Shown: one piece after another, positions 11,650-23,818 of the stretch
How positions within the stretch are numbered: position 1 is the stretch's first letter
Layout of the letters: each line of letters starts with the position of its first letter
From: Isurus oxyrinchus
Taxonomy: Eukaryota
Length of the DNA stretch: 64,000 bases
NCBI GenBank assembly: GCA_026770705.1
Contig: JANJGN010000017.1
Location: forward strand, 39,928,001 to 39,992,000
Reading direction: 5' to 3'
The notes under the pieces: model-generated
Databases searched by the model: none
Told to the model about the DNA's origin: nothing
The model's input: the letters and a program-made list of their open reading frames with translations, nothing else
Made by a program: the position numbers and the translations under genes

Positions 11650-12829
11650 TGCTGATTGAAAAGATGGAAGAGGCAGAAACCATCATTGCATCTGGAAAAT
11701 ACTTGGATATCCACTTGAGGCGCCGTAACCTACAGGGGCTATGGGTCAAGAGCTGAAAAGTGGAATGAGGCTGGATAGTGTTTTTTTCCATTTGGAACAG
11801 ACACGATGGACCGAGTGGCCTCCTGTGCCGTAAATTTCCATGATTCTATGAAATCCTGTGGTTAATTGGAAGTTAACCAAGAACCCACATTCGACTGATA
11901 CCTGGGATTGGGTAGTTATCTTACAAGTGAAGGCTGGACAGGCTAGGCCTGTATCCATTGGAGTTTAGAAGATTGAGGGGGGATCTTATTGAAACATATA
12001 AGATCCCGAGGGAACCTGACAGGGTGGATGCCGAAAGGATTTTTGAGACTAGAACTCGGGGACACAGTTTAAAAATAAAGGGTGTCATTTACGATGGAGA
12101 TGAGAAGAATTTTTTTTATCACAGAGGGTAGTGAATCTTTGGAACTCTCTTCCCCAGAGACCAGTGGAGTCAGGGTCATTGAATATGTTTAAGGCAGGGT
12201 ACGTAGATTCTTGACTAACGAGGGAGTCAAAGGTTATTGGGGATAGGTGGAAATGTGGAGTTGAGGCCACCCGTCAGATCAGCCATGATCTAGTGGAGCA
12301 GGCTGAAGGGGCTGAATGGCCTGCTCTGCTCCTAATTTGTGTGTTTATATGTTCACACCAAGACAGACATCTTTCTTTTATCAGTCAGTGAATGCTTCAG
12401 AGTTGTAACAGATGTGCTATTCAATTTATTTTGTGGGTTAATTTCCAGTTGGGAAAATGTTGACTATCAGAGCAGAGTCATGTCAATGATGACAAATTAA
12501 ACATACTTCCACTTATATGCTGGCATCAAGTACCCCCAGGTTAAATATAGTAAGAGCCAGCTGCACAGTAGAACTTCCTGTACTCCGTGCACAAAGCAGA
12601 TTCTAATTCAATCCAGTAACATTGTGTTCAGCTGTGGATTGATAATGTATCAGTTCACACGTGTATATGCTTATTTTGTGGTTTCATATGTAAACTATCA
12701 TTCCTGTGAAACTGCCTCAAGTTAACTCTTTAGAACTTCATTTTCAGTGGAGCTGTCTCAATTGAATCACGGCGATAGAATTGGGCTTCACCGTTGGTGT
12801 AAGGTGATGATACACCTAACATTGGGGCA

Positions 12830-13135
12830 TTAGGAACAGGTATAAGCAATTCCACTCAAACCTATTGCGTCATTCCGTTAGATCGTGCCTGATCTTCACT
12901 TTAACTCCACTTAAACCATCTTTGCTACCTTTTACCTAACAAAGATCTGGCCACTGCATTTTAGGAAGTTTGTGAAGGCCCTTGAGAGGGTGCAGAGGAG
13001 ATTTAATTGAGGGAAATAAACTTGCAGGGTTATGAACTTAGAGCAGGAAAATGGGACTGACTGAAGCGCTCTCCAGAGTGATCCAGAATGGACTCGATGA
13101 TGTCCTCCTGTGCCGTAATGATCCTATGACTATGT
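12830..13135. mobile_element. Short CR1 tail fragments in both orientations
   Basis: taggaacaggtataagcaattcc (minus tail) and gaaggcccttgagagggtgcagaggagattt (plus). Confidence 0.6.
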
Positions 13136-13899
13136 ATTTCTATTCTCAGTCTTGAAAACAGCCAGAGCCTTTTTACGGAAGAGCATTCAGCATGACTTTT
13201 GAGGTCCTACCTTTGCTAAGTATGTTTGAAAGATGACGATGCCATTTGAGATTTTTGATTGATGTTTAGCATTTAGCAGACCAATAATAATGACTGAATG
13301 AGTTTGTCGGTCCTAGATCTAAATCAGGTTTTGATTATTTCAATGGCTGAACACTCTGCTTCTCCTCATGTGTGAACACCTAAGATTGTGTTGCACAAAT
13401 ATTAGCTTGAAAGCAATTTGTTCATATGTTGTTCTTCAGTGTTTTAGCAGAAGCTTTAACCCACTTATTAAAAAAGAAATACACATAAATGTGTAGCTTG
13501 TTTGGATACTAATATTCACAGCTGCATTTCCTAACACCATTATCCCCTTCCAGAATGGAAATAATTGGTAAATCCCCTGTCAATCGCTGTTGCAGGTAAC
13601 AGGGACTGATTTTATGTACATAATTTGTAAGTAACTACACTCCACTGACTGTATTTTGTTGGGGAAGTACTAATTTTATATTATGTATCTACCCTCCAAT
13701 TGCTGCATTTTGCTGGAGAAATCACCCTGCTTTTATTGGGAGATGTTGCTGTAATTTCAGTCATGAGTTCTGTTTGCTGTATTTTGTGGAGATGCTTGCT
13801 ATACCGTGTTGTTTAAATAGACTCTGTTTGCTGAGTTAATAGACTTTGCTGTAAAATAGGCTGCTGGTATGAGTCCTGTCTTAAGTCCCACCCTGCCTC

Positions 13900-14083
13900 C
13901 AGCTCAGTGGTGTCAGTAAACACTGGACAAGTGCCAGCAAGATCTTAAACTGACACAGGAGAAGATGGGAGGAAATAGGTGGAGGAAGAACAACAAGGGT
14001 AGAATGGTTTGCAAGAATGTACAGACAATGGCCTGCAACTTTTGCAGATGATTGGAGTTTTGGAATCAAGTATACTACTAAAT
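13900..14083 (-). pseudogene. ITIH-like unit 1: segment preceding the VWA MIDAS strand
   Basis: DLVVY...QSSAKVAGHCLYILA....VVLPP, comparable with GDFIIRY...QSIGDIQVLNGYFVHYFAPKDLPP. A strong polypyrimidine-CAG acceptor has its AG at 14084-14085. Confidence 0.45.
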
Positions 14084-14139
14084 CTGATTTGGAGAAAAAA
14101 GGAAAAATAATTTGAATTAAAATATATTTCTTTGTGTGA

Positions 14140-15820
14140 ATCATAGAATGGTTACAGCACAGAAGGAGGCCATTTGACCCGTTGAGCTGGTGCCAGCTCC
14201 TTGCAAGAGCAATTTAGCTAGTCCTGCTCTCCGCCCTTTCCCTGAAGCTCCATAAATTGTTTTTCCTTCAGATGCTTATCCAATTCCCTTTTGAAAGCTA
14301 TGATTGAGTTTGCCTGCACCACTCACAGTGCATTCTGGATCCTAACCACTTGCTGTGTAAAATATTTTTCCTTAGGTCATAAGAAAAAGACATAGGAGCA
14401 GAAGTAGGCCATTCGGCCCATCGAGTCTGCTCTGCCATTCAGTGAGATCATGGCTGATCTGATGATCCTCAACTCCACTTTCCTGCCTTTTCCCGATAAC
14501 CCTTGATTCCCTTCCTGATTAAAAATCTATCTATCTCAGCCTTGAATATACTTAACGACCCAGCCTCTACAGCTTTCTGCAGTAAAGAATTCCACAGATT
14601 CACTACCCTTTGAGAGAAGAAATTCCTCCTTATCTCTGTCTTAAATAGGCGACCCCTTACTCTGAGACTATGCCCTCTGGTCCTAGACTTTCCCACAAGG
14701 GGAAACAACCTCTCAGCATCTGCCCTATCAATTCCCCTAAGAATCTTACATGTTTCAATAATGTCATTCTTCTAAAATGCCAATGAGTACAGGCCAACCT
14801 ACTCAACCTCAAGAAAATCCCTCCATACCCGGGATCAATCTAATGAACCTTCTCTGGAGTGCTTCCAATGCCAGTATGTCTCTCTTAGATAAGGGGACCA
14901 AAACTGTTCACAATATTCTAGGCGTGGTCTAACTAGACCCTTGTATAGTTTTAGCAAGACTTCCCTATTTTTATACTCCATTCCCTTTAAAATAAAGGCT
15001 GACATTCCATTTGCCTTCCCTATTACCAACTGAACTTGTATGCTAACTTTCTGTGATTCATGCACGAGGACCCCCAAATTCCTCTGTACTGCAGCTTTCT
15101 GCAGTCTTTCTCTATTTAAATAATATTCAGCTCCTCTATTCTTCCTGGTAAAGTGCATAACCTCACATTTTCCCACATTACATTCCATCTGTCAAGTTTT
15201 TGCCCACTCACTTGACCTGTTTATATCCCTCTGTAGACTCTTTGTGTCATCCTCACCACTTGCCTCCCCATCTATTTTTGTGTTGCCTGCAAACTTGACA
15301 ATAGTACATTTACTTCCCTCATCTAAGTCATTAATATATATTGTAAATAATTGTGGCCCCAGCACTGATCCCTGTGGCACTCCACTAGTTACAGGTTGCC
15401 ATCCTGAAAATGCCCCCCTTATCCCAACTCTGTCTTCTATTAATTAGCCAATCCTCTATCCATGCTAATATACTACTCCCAACACTATGGGCTCTTCTCT
15501 TATTGAGCAGCCTTATGCGCAGCACCTTATTGAACGCCTTTTGGAAATCCAAATATATTACAATTACTGGTTCCCCTTTCATCAATGCCAAGTTCTCTTG
15601 CCAAGTCCCTTGGATCTCTATTCTTCCACCAATCAGAACAGTTTCCCTCTAACTACTCTGTCTAAGCCCCTCAATATTTTGAATACTTCTATCAAATCTC
15701 CTCTCTACCTTCTCTAAGGAGAATAACGCAGTTTCTGCAATCTACCCTCATAACTGAAGTCCCTCATCCCTGGAGCTCTGTTTGTAAATCCTTTCTGCAT
15801 CCTCTCTAAAGCCTTCATGT
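14140..15820 (-). mobile_element. Two nested CR1 LINE fragments
   Basis: Minus ORFs 14469-14708, 14835-15188, 15192-15380 (PQGSVLGPQLFTIYINDLD) and 15385-15591 (YLDFQKAF). Pieces of an older CR1 flank them at 14140-14377 and 15580-15820. Confidence 0.93.
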
Positions 15821-16550
15821 TCTCATTTACACTGGGCTCTTTTTTGGGGGTAGGGAGATTGCTAAATGTTACTATTTATTTCTGTGACTTTACTGAGATG
15901 AAATTATGGTATTAAAATAACCTGAGCCAGTTTTTTTCCCCTCTAATGTCTCTCATTCACTTTAATGTATATTTTACCGTTGTAAATTTTCACTGAGGAG
16001 TGCAAGCATTCAATTCTAATGAAGCGTAATGAGGTTCCTGCTTTTTTACACAGCTAGAAGCAATGTTATAATTTACTCTGAGTCACAAAAGCAGAATTTT
16101 TATCAGGGAAGAGCACATAGTGGATCATTGTGAAGGATAGTGTCTAATTTGAAATGATAATGCTGCTGAACCCTTTGTGTGCACACATTGAGTTGGCTTT
16201 GTTTGTCTTTCAGTCAGGCAGTGCTCTCTGCTTCCTGACTTTAGAAGTCTGACACAATGCAAGAAAAAATGGTTTAAAAAGTATTTATGAAAACTTAAAA
16301 GTCTTGTGTGTTGGTTAAATAGCTCATTAATAATGTTCAGTACAGGGGCACTAACATGGAATTTTTAAAAAAATGAATTTTGTATACTAGATTTTGTGAA
16401 GGATCATGGTGCTAGAGAGATGGAACTCTTCCATTTCAAGCCCCCAGTGTCAGTATCTGGAACTCAGTTAAAGCACAGTTCTAGCATAAAGCTCCGTCTA
16501 CTCACCATGTGTGTCACCCCAAACCACAGAAGGAGACCCATATTTCTATA

Positions 16551-16754
16551 TTGCTGAAAAAAGAGACAAGCTGTCAAAGCGTTCGCCCTACACTCATCAG
16601 GATAGTTCGCAAGAAATTACCAACCGTAATGGGGGAACAACAATTTATGCACATGAGTATAAATTGTACCCCAGTTACAGTTGGTAATTTCTTGCGAGCT
16701 ATCCTGATGAGTGCAAGACAGAAAGCTTTGACAGCGTGTCTTTTTTTTTAACAA
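16551..16754. repeat. Palindromic (fold-back) element with hammerhead-like cores, flanked by TA
   Basis: Left arm gacaagctgtcaaagcgttcgccctacactcatcaggatagttcgcaagaaattaccaac is the near reverse complement of right arm gttggtaatttcttgcgagctatcctgatgagtgcaagacagaaagctttgacagcgtgtc. TA at 16549-16550 and 16755-16756. Confidence 0.85.
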
Positions 16755-16769
16755 TACTTAAGTTCTGTA

Positions 16770-17030
16770 CTACCAAACAACGATATTTCCCTAGTAGTCA
16801 ATCCATAACGTACCAAAAAGGTGGCCAATTCCTATTGGGAGGGCTGTACCCACTGGATCCAAGCTCAATTCAGGAGATCTTTGCAGACAAAGAAGACTTT
16901 TACTGCAGTCGTCTGGAGCCGCTATGAACTCCAGTTCCTGATGTAGAAGGCCCTCACCCAATCTCATGACAGCTTTCTTTATATTTGAGCTTTCTCCATA
17001 TTTGAGCTTTCTCCTCATTCTAAATATGCT
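16770..17030 (-). pseudogene. ITIH-like unit 1: VIT domain, second half
   Basis: EKAQI..KKAV..GLL..ELEF, then KVFFVCKDLLN* (cf. KVTFELTYEELL), then ALPIGIGHLFGTLWID (cf. SISVRPQQLSGRLSVD). Contains a 16-bp tandem duplication gagaaagctcaaatat. Confidence 0.65.
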
Positions 17031-17074
17031 TACAGATTCATGGGCATTGGCTGCTCTCCTTTACTTTATGTAGG

Positions 17075-17662
17075 TGGCAGTTTTTAACACGTGATCCAGT
17101 TTCAGGTATGCATCAATGCAGCTGCAAAGTCTGCCAGAACCAGGAGGCCCAAGGATGTCCTAAAAATTAAGCCTCTGGCCTCATCTAAATAATATTGGCA
17201 AACTACTGGTGCCTTTAGCTGGCATGAATTTCGGGCCTCCTGTGCTGCTGTCAAGGGACCTCAGTAAGTGCCCAGTGGAAGTGGAGGGGGAAGAGGGCAG
17301 TATGGAAGGAGAACAGGAGAGGGCCTTATCATGGGCTGGCTCTGGAGCCGTGAGGAGTACTGCTGCTCCTCTTGGCTCCACAAGAACGCTTTCTAATTTA
17401 ATAAAAAAATAATCTTCCATTGGCGCCTGCTGAAGAACGCAGGCCCAACTTCTCCCCTGCTCAAGGCAGACCAGTTTTGCTGTGGGTCCAAAAGCAGGCC
17501 TTCTCATTTACATCTGTGAGCTCTAATGCCTGTTGGGAAACTCCTAAGAAATGGCCTGACCTAATTGTGGATGAAACATTATTCAGATTCCTTGAAATTG
17601 GGGCCCATTACATTTCAATTATACACCCGTAAAACAGATGCAGTGAGATCCAAATTCTACCC
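17075..17662. mobile_element. Degraded GC-rich Harbinger-type MITE
   Basis: The right terminus caaattctaccc resembles the family TIR; the left boundary is uncertain. Confidence 0.4.
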
Positions 17663-18049
17663 ACTGTGTGAGCAATTTATATTCTGAGCCATTATAGCCT
17701 TGGTTTAGTCCTTGCCCAAAACCTGTACATGCGTATATTCTAGTGAGGGGGCGCTGGAGAGCAATCAAGTTGGCATTATTTTCTGTTTCCTTCCTTAGCC
17801 CAGGAGTGCTGACAGCAAATGCTTTTTTTCAGCATTAACTCTAGTTCAGTAATATGCCCTTGAAAGATAATACTGACTGGAATCTTTAACTTCATGATTT
17901 CCTCCCTTTAAATGTATCTTTTCAACTGTGGCATGCCTCTATATGTATTTGGCATTTGGTTTGAACAGTCAGGTACTATATGCTATCTAAACTTTTTATC
18001 CTTTTGTATTATCTGTTTTTGAGTAGCACTTGCCTATATCAAAAAATTA

Positions 18050-18210
18050 GCATTTCATGCATAACCATGTATTTTGCCATCAAGAATCAAAAAAGATGCC
18101 AAGGAACAGCAAATCAGTTTTTGAGCTGTTGAGGGAGATAGCTTTGTCTGAATTTGCCTGTGGGACTGAGGTTTGTAGCAGGCGAGAACCTAAGCCTGAA
18201 ACACATTTCC
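18050..18210 (-). pseudogene. ITIH-like unit 1: VIT domain, first half
   Basis: GSRLLQTSV...FLGIF / FLILDGKIHG, comparable with ISRYAFTTV...FITNFTM.IDG..Y.G. Confidence 0.5.
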
Positions 18211-18354
18211 CCACTCCCAGACAATGTAATGCTAAGTATCCTGACAGGCTTTCAGGAGATGCCACTGAGGTAGCATTGATTATTCTTCCCATGCCTATTT
18301 TCTCTGGATCTCTGCAGTATTGTGTTTTAAACGATCAACCACTTTCGTACTGAA

Positions 18355-18860
18355 GAAAGAACTTGCATTTGTATAGTGCCTCGGGGGCCTGGCCTAAAAT
18401 TAAAGCCCGATCTTTTGGAGTGAAATTAGGAAACACTTCAACACAAAGGATAGTAGAAGTTTTGACCTTTTTTTCACGGATTGTAATTCATGCTGGATCA
18501 ATCGTTACTTTTAAAACTGAGATTGATAGAATTTTGTTAACCAAAGTTTAAGGGATGTTGAGCAAAGGCTTTGGATTTGGGCTGCAGCCCAGCTATGATC
18601 TCAGTGAGTGGTGGAACAGGCTTGAGAGGTTAAATGGCTTACTGCTTTTCCTATGTTTCTGTTACGTCCTAACAGCACTTTGTAGCCATGAATTTCTTTT
18701 GAAATGTAGCACTGTTTAGTAGATATGAAATTTGTTTTTAAACAAGTTCCTACTAATAGCAATAAGTTGATGATCAGATAATCTGTTTTGATGTTGGTAG
18801 TTAGAGGAATATGGGACAGGACATTGGGAGAACTCTCTGCTGTTTTAACTCTCATCTGGC
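18355..18860. mobile_element. Deu-SINE (minus) interrupted by a CR1 3' end (plus, about 18385-18660)
   Basis: agaaagaacttgcatttgtatagtgcc ... cagcactttgtagccatgaa; CR1 portion ttttaaaactgagattgatagaattttg...ttaaatggcttactgct. Confidence 0.7.
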
Positions 18861-20384
18861 CTTCTGCTGCCTCCCGCCAAGTTTCACCTGCAGGTTGGGG
18901 ACAGTGGGGGAGCCACCTTCAATTTTGAGTTAAAATCGCTTTGCAGTACCAATGACGCCCCAGTTAAAATTGTGGGAGATGGGGGGGAGCATCTTCTGCA
19001 TGGGGCCATGAGGGTGGTATTGTCGTTATGGGAACACAGCTGCTCCAACCTGGCTGCCATTTTAATCTTTGCTTGCACCATTTCTGCCATGTAAGTTTTG
19101 GGAGCTTGTATCTACGAAGCGCTTTTTAAAAACATTTCAAAACTTAGTTTACCTAAGAATATATATTAGGTGTAAAATGTCAAACATCCACCAGCTTGAG
19201 TTTGTGTTTTCTATTATTTGACTTAGTTTACATTACTTTTCCTAATTCCTAGGATCTATAATACTTCCGGAAGTGTTTTTCTCATTTGCTGCGGTTGTGC
19301 TGATGTACCTCTGACTTGTACATGGATTTTTAATTAGCATCCGTGCAACAGATAATACAGAAGTTCCATTTTTTTCAAAAATTATTTTTCTGACATGCTT
19401 TAATGTCGGGTTAGTGAGCATTTTGTGTCATTGATATATATTGACTTTATGTAAGTGATGCAGGGATGTGTTAAAATGAACGTAGATAATCTTCAGCACA
19501 GTTAAATTGATTTTGTATCGCTTTAAAGAAACCTAAAGCAGCTAACCTGTCCATTGCGACTGCCATGCACACTGGCATCATTTTTAACCTTTACAGAGCG
19601 AGTATCTCCAGGAAATTCTGTACATACTGGTCTGGCTGAATTTTTGAAGATTTCAGCTGATATATTTTAACACTAGAGAATTTCAGCATTACAGTGATAT
19701 ATTTCAAACTTTATTTATTGTTTTTTAAAAATTGTATTTCTAATGGAACACAACTGGTGTTCACTGGATAGGGGCAATATAAAGGCACCATTAGTGTTCT
19801 TGATTTTTATTTGGAGACAGACAGTTTATATTGTAAACATAGGTGTGTTAATATTCGATAATGTGAGGTGCAGCATACAAAAATGTAAAATTAAGGGCTC
19901 TGTTTCCTCTGGTGACTTGTAGGATGCATGGGCATGTTTTGTATTAAAGCCAGAAAGATAATGTAGTTTCTTATTTTGCAGTGGAAAGGTAAAAAAGTGT
20001 TGTGGAGCCAAGTCATCATCTTTTATGCCTGGAGAGCGGAGTTTGTGCCGACTCGAGAAATCATTTTAAATTTGCATTTATCTTAATTTTACACCTTTTT
20101 ATTAAAGCCAGCTAAATTGAAGTAATAAAAATGACTAATTTTTAGTCATTGCCAAATGTGGTCGAAGGATAATTTGATATTGCGTTCATAATTATTGTGA
20201 ATAAAAAATTGAAGAGACTAATTTGCTACAAATACTAATGTCAGAGAAGCAGAGAAAGTGAATGTTAGCCTCATTCCCTTTTATGGTTGCTGGATGAATT
20301 CAGCCACTGACCCATCCTTGGGTTCAGCTAGGACATGGGAGAGCTGCACGTGGATCCAAAAGTCCAAATGTGAGCTTGAAATGC

Positions 20385-20635
20385 TGTGGTTGAGCACAAA
20401 AACCAAGGCTGACACTCCAGTGCAGGACTAGAAGGAGTGCTGCACTGTTGGAGGTGTTGTCTGTCAGATGAGACGTTAAATTGAGGCCCCACCAATGATG
20501 GAGTAATAAAGCATAAAGGGACACTATTCAGCCTAGTATGCTTGTGCTGGCTTTTGGGAAGAGCTGACTAATTGTTCCACTCCCCTGCTCTGTCCCTACA
20601 AGTTTTTCCTTTTTAAATATATATCCAATTCCTGT
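20385..20635. mobile_element. Deu-SINE 5' part (plus) followed by a CR1 tail (minus)
   Basis: aggctgacactccagtgcaggactagaaggagtgctgcactgttggaggtg...agatgagacgttaaattgaggcccc; then gtccactcccctgctctgtccc. Confidence 0.65.
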
Positions 20636-20749
20636 TTAGTACTGCTTGGCAGCATACAAATAGTAATGTGATTAGAGGAAAGAATCAGAGAATGGATATT
20701 CCAAAGTATGCAAGTAAAATATCAAGTTATTGTGTTTTAGCCAGTGGTA

Positions 20750-21300
20750 ATGATTGAAGTTTGTCGTAACTTTTGATTGTCACCACTTAATAAACGTACA
20801 TGCTGTTGTACACCTGTTTTGTCAGAACTTCTTAATGTATATCACTAAAACATCTTTGGAAAGAGGAGTGGTTGTGCTGTTGTCTCAAAAGTTTAATGTC
20901 TTGGATTTAAACAATACATATCCAGTAAAGGTAGCACCATGTGTCTTTCCTAAGTAATATGTACACTATTCTGTGAGCTTTTAGGTCTGTGTAATTTGCT
21001 AATAACTAAATATGAGCAGACCAAAATAAAAGTGAGTTGAAGAGCTTAATCAAATCTCTTGCTGTGAGCCAGTCAACTGCAGACTGAGTTGGGTAGTGTC
21101 TTTATTCTGTCCAAATCAGGGACTGAGGAAGAGGCAGAAGCTGGATTTATGAGGTCATTGCACATAAAAGGGTGTTAGATTCAGGTCGCTGAACCAATGA
21201 TGATAATTTTTAGTGTATTTTCAAAATTCAACTTTTAAAAGTAAATTGTGCAAAATATTCAAGAATATATGTAATGTGCCATATTTTATGCTTTCATAAA
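20750..21300 (-). pseudogene. ITIH-like unit 2: end of helical region and start of C-terminal domain
   Basis: NF....LSSLVQRPES (about 21175-21230; cf. HFVTPLTSMVVTKPE), then STHFYFGL and HGATFTG (cf. DPHFII.L, SGVTVNG). Confidence 0.4.
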
Positions 21301-21489
21301 TGTCTCAATCTGGCTCGCTCATTGGTTAATTTAGAACCTCTGAATGTTTTACACAAATAAAAATATTCATATATATCAATTTCATGTACCTATCATCACC
21401 CTATTGTACTGTTTATGATGTGATCACTGTGTGCATAAAAAAAAACATTTTAAGTTGTTGCAGCAGCAAATCTGAATGAAAAAACAGAA

Positions 21490-21895
21490 TTATATTGATC
21501 TCACATAAAAACAGGCCACACAGCCTGTTGATGTTAATGTGTCAGTGGATCTAGTACCAAGTCCCTGTGCCCCATTCTCTTACTTAATTTTATCTTTCTT
21601 TTGCTCAACTACGTATCTAACCTATTAAGTGTTGACATGGTCTCTCCCTCAATCACTAACTCTGCTAGTGCATTCCACAGACTTACAACGCTCAGTATAA
21701 ATAAAAAGAAGTCTCCTGTTCTCTGTCCCAAATGTTAGCCATGTATCTGTAACCCCTCATTCTAGTCTCCTTACCCACAAGAAACAAATTGTTTCTATCG
21801 ACTATGTCCAATTCCTTCGTAACTTAAAAACCTTTATCAAATCATCTTTAATATCCTTTTAACAAAAGCCCGAATTTTTCAACTCTGTCCCCTGA
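21490..21895 (-). mobile_element. Old CR1 3' fragment
   Basis: ctagtgcattccacagacttacaacgctc...tgtaacccctcattctagtctcc...cctttatcaaatc. Confidence 0.6.
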
Positions 21896-21899
21896 AATC

Positions 21900-22555
21900 T
21901 TGATCTGTTTTGATAAGGCAGGATTTGGGTTTTGCGTACAGAATTGGTAATGTAAAACTTTTAAATGTTCTGTGGTTATGTTAACAAACAAGACTATATG
22001 AATAGATAAAAAGCTTAACACTATGGGTAGACCAATGATTTTGCAGAAACAGAATTGCATGTACACAGAGAAATTGGTGCAGCACAGCTTTGAGTGAGGC
22101 TTGAATGCTTTCAAAACGAATTATGTCATCTTTGGCTACAGTCTGGGCCATGGTGGACTTAACGTTCCCACACTGGTTAATATTAATGTGAAACTGTTTT
22201 CATAATAGTTTGAATATTTTGTAACTGATCACACGACATCAGAGTCAGGGTTAATTGACACAAGATTTGAACTTTCACTGTCCTTGACTTTAAAAATTAA
22301 TGAAAAATCAAACAGCTTTTTGTTTGTGTAACACTTGAACGAATTTCATTTGGTCTAGGTAAGCCATTGCAAGTGGTTATCACCATGGTAACAATTGGAG
22401 CATTAAGTCTTGTTGAGTTAGATGCTTTTGTCACGTGTCAGTATGGATCACTAAATCACTGTTTCACCACTTACAATATCTGTACAGTGTAATGTGCAAA
22501 GATTCATTTGTTTTGAAAGTTTCTTGCCAACTGTTTTCTGCATGTTTGAAGCTGA
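21900..22555 (-). pseudogene. ITIH-like unit 2: VWA core and post-VWA region
   Basis: ARNF..., TDIVSG (cf. TNINDG), RLNAPIVTMVITTCNGLPRPNEIRSSV (cf. [29 protein letters not shown]), later LKAF and TEHLKVLH (cf. DRKLDHLH). Confidence 0.55.
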
Positions 22556-23149
22556 CTCTTGGAGATGGATTTTCATGTTGGAGGCAGGAATTGGGAGGTG
22601 GGCCTAATGCTGCTGTCACAGTCTCACTTCCATCTTAAGTCTGGTGGGTGGGATCTTCTGGGAGGGGGTTCAGGCCCTAAATGGCCTAGAGACGGGACCT
22701 GCTGGTGAAGCGGGAGTGGGTGTGGTCCGAGTTCAGAATGGGCATGTTTAAAAGGCCCGCCCCATTCCCAAATGCTTGGAAGCACCAGCCAAAACTATCA
22801 GCAGCTCAATTACATACATTTAAACCTTCTGACCACTTTAACACCCCTCCTTACCCTTACCTCCCTCACTCACCCCCTCCCCTTGCCTTCAACCCTTCAC
22901 CCATTATCCACTTTATGAACAGAACTCACAAGCCCTATTATAACAGTTGGAAGTTGTTGAATGGCCCATGATGCTCCCTGAGTAAACAACGGACTTCCAA
23001 ACTGCTGTCTCGAAATATCTAGGCTGAATACATAAAAGCAATGGGATAAGATTAACCATTTTCAAGTTGTGAAAATTCAGGCTACCTTTTCATTAGTGTG
23101 AAATGTACTTTACCTTTTTATCCATTAGATAAACTTTTTAACTCACCTG

Positions 23150-23815
23150 GAGACTTTTCCACATTTGCAATGTTGGTCTTTTACTTGACAGCTTGCCAGT
23201 TGGCAGAAGTAACATTCTGGCAATGTTATGGTGCACCTGATGGTAAATGCTGAGTTGTTCAAATTCCAAAGGGAAACTTGAAACAACTGCCATGAATTTT
23301 GTTTTGCAGTTTGTATAAATTTCAACATGCAGGCCTTGAATTCAGTCGTATTAAGATCACCAAGCCTTATAGGTTTTTATAAAACTAAATTAAACATTTA
23401 TTACTAAGAGAAATAATTTTTAAATACATACATAGATCTACAAATTACTGCTATGATAACTTCTAAATCCCCTCATCAATCTAACTCCCAGTTGTACTTT
23501 CGTCAAGACAACAGTAAGACACGCAGGTTTGAAAAGTCCTAGGCAAAGAAACGTGATACTCTGAACAAGTCGAATTCCAAGTGAGTTTTCTTAACTTCAG
23601 TCCTTTGAAGACAACAGCTTGAGGCACAGATGCTGAAAGCTTCTCACACTCGTAAGATCTTAAAATGCCTTCCCTTATAGTCTTCTCTTTAAACATATTT
23701 TCTCTTTGAATGCAAATACCCATTGTTTCACTATGCTTTTGGACTTTATCTTCCTGATAATAAAAACCTCCCATAGCACTAAGTTTTACCAGTAATCTTT
23801 GGGAAAAATAAACAC
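23150..23815 (-). pseudogene. ITIH-like unit 2: VIT domain and inter-domain segment
   Basis: ORF 23481-23873 contains KLSAMGGFYYQEDKVQK...GILRSYECEKLSASV (cf. NFTM.IG..YQGEI..E...GLVR..EKF..SV). ORF 23143-23328 contains SAFTIRC (cf. GDFIIRY). The unit continues past the MITE at about 24520-24620 (NVSPSDVKF). Confidence 0.5.
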
Positions 23816-23818
23816 ACT

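Larger units (their letters stand above)
9772..12352 (+). mobile_element. CR1 3' fragments (9772-9835, 10284-10418, 11650-11850, 11935-12352) hosting a nested SINE and a Harbinger element
   Basis: CR1 motifs (agcagaggaggctaaggggagatttaat; tggagtctggaactcact; gaggcagaaaccatcattgcat) are collinear across the insertions. Confidence 0.8.
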
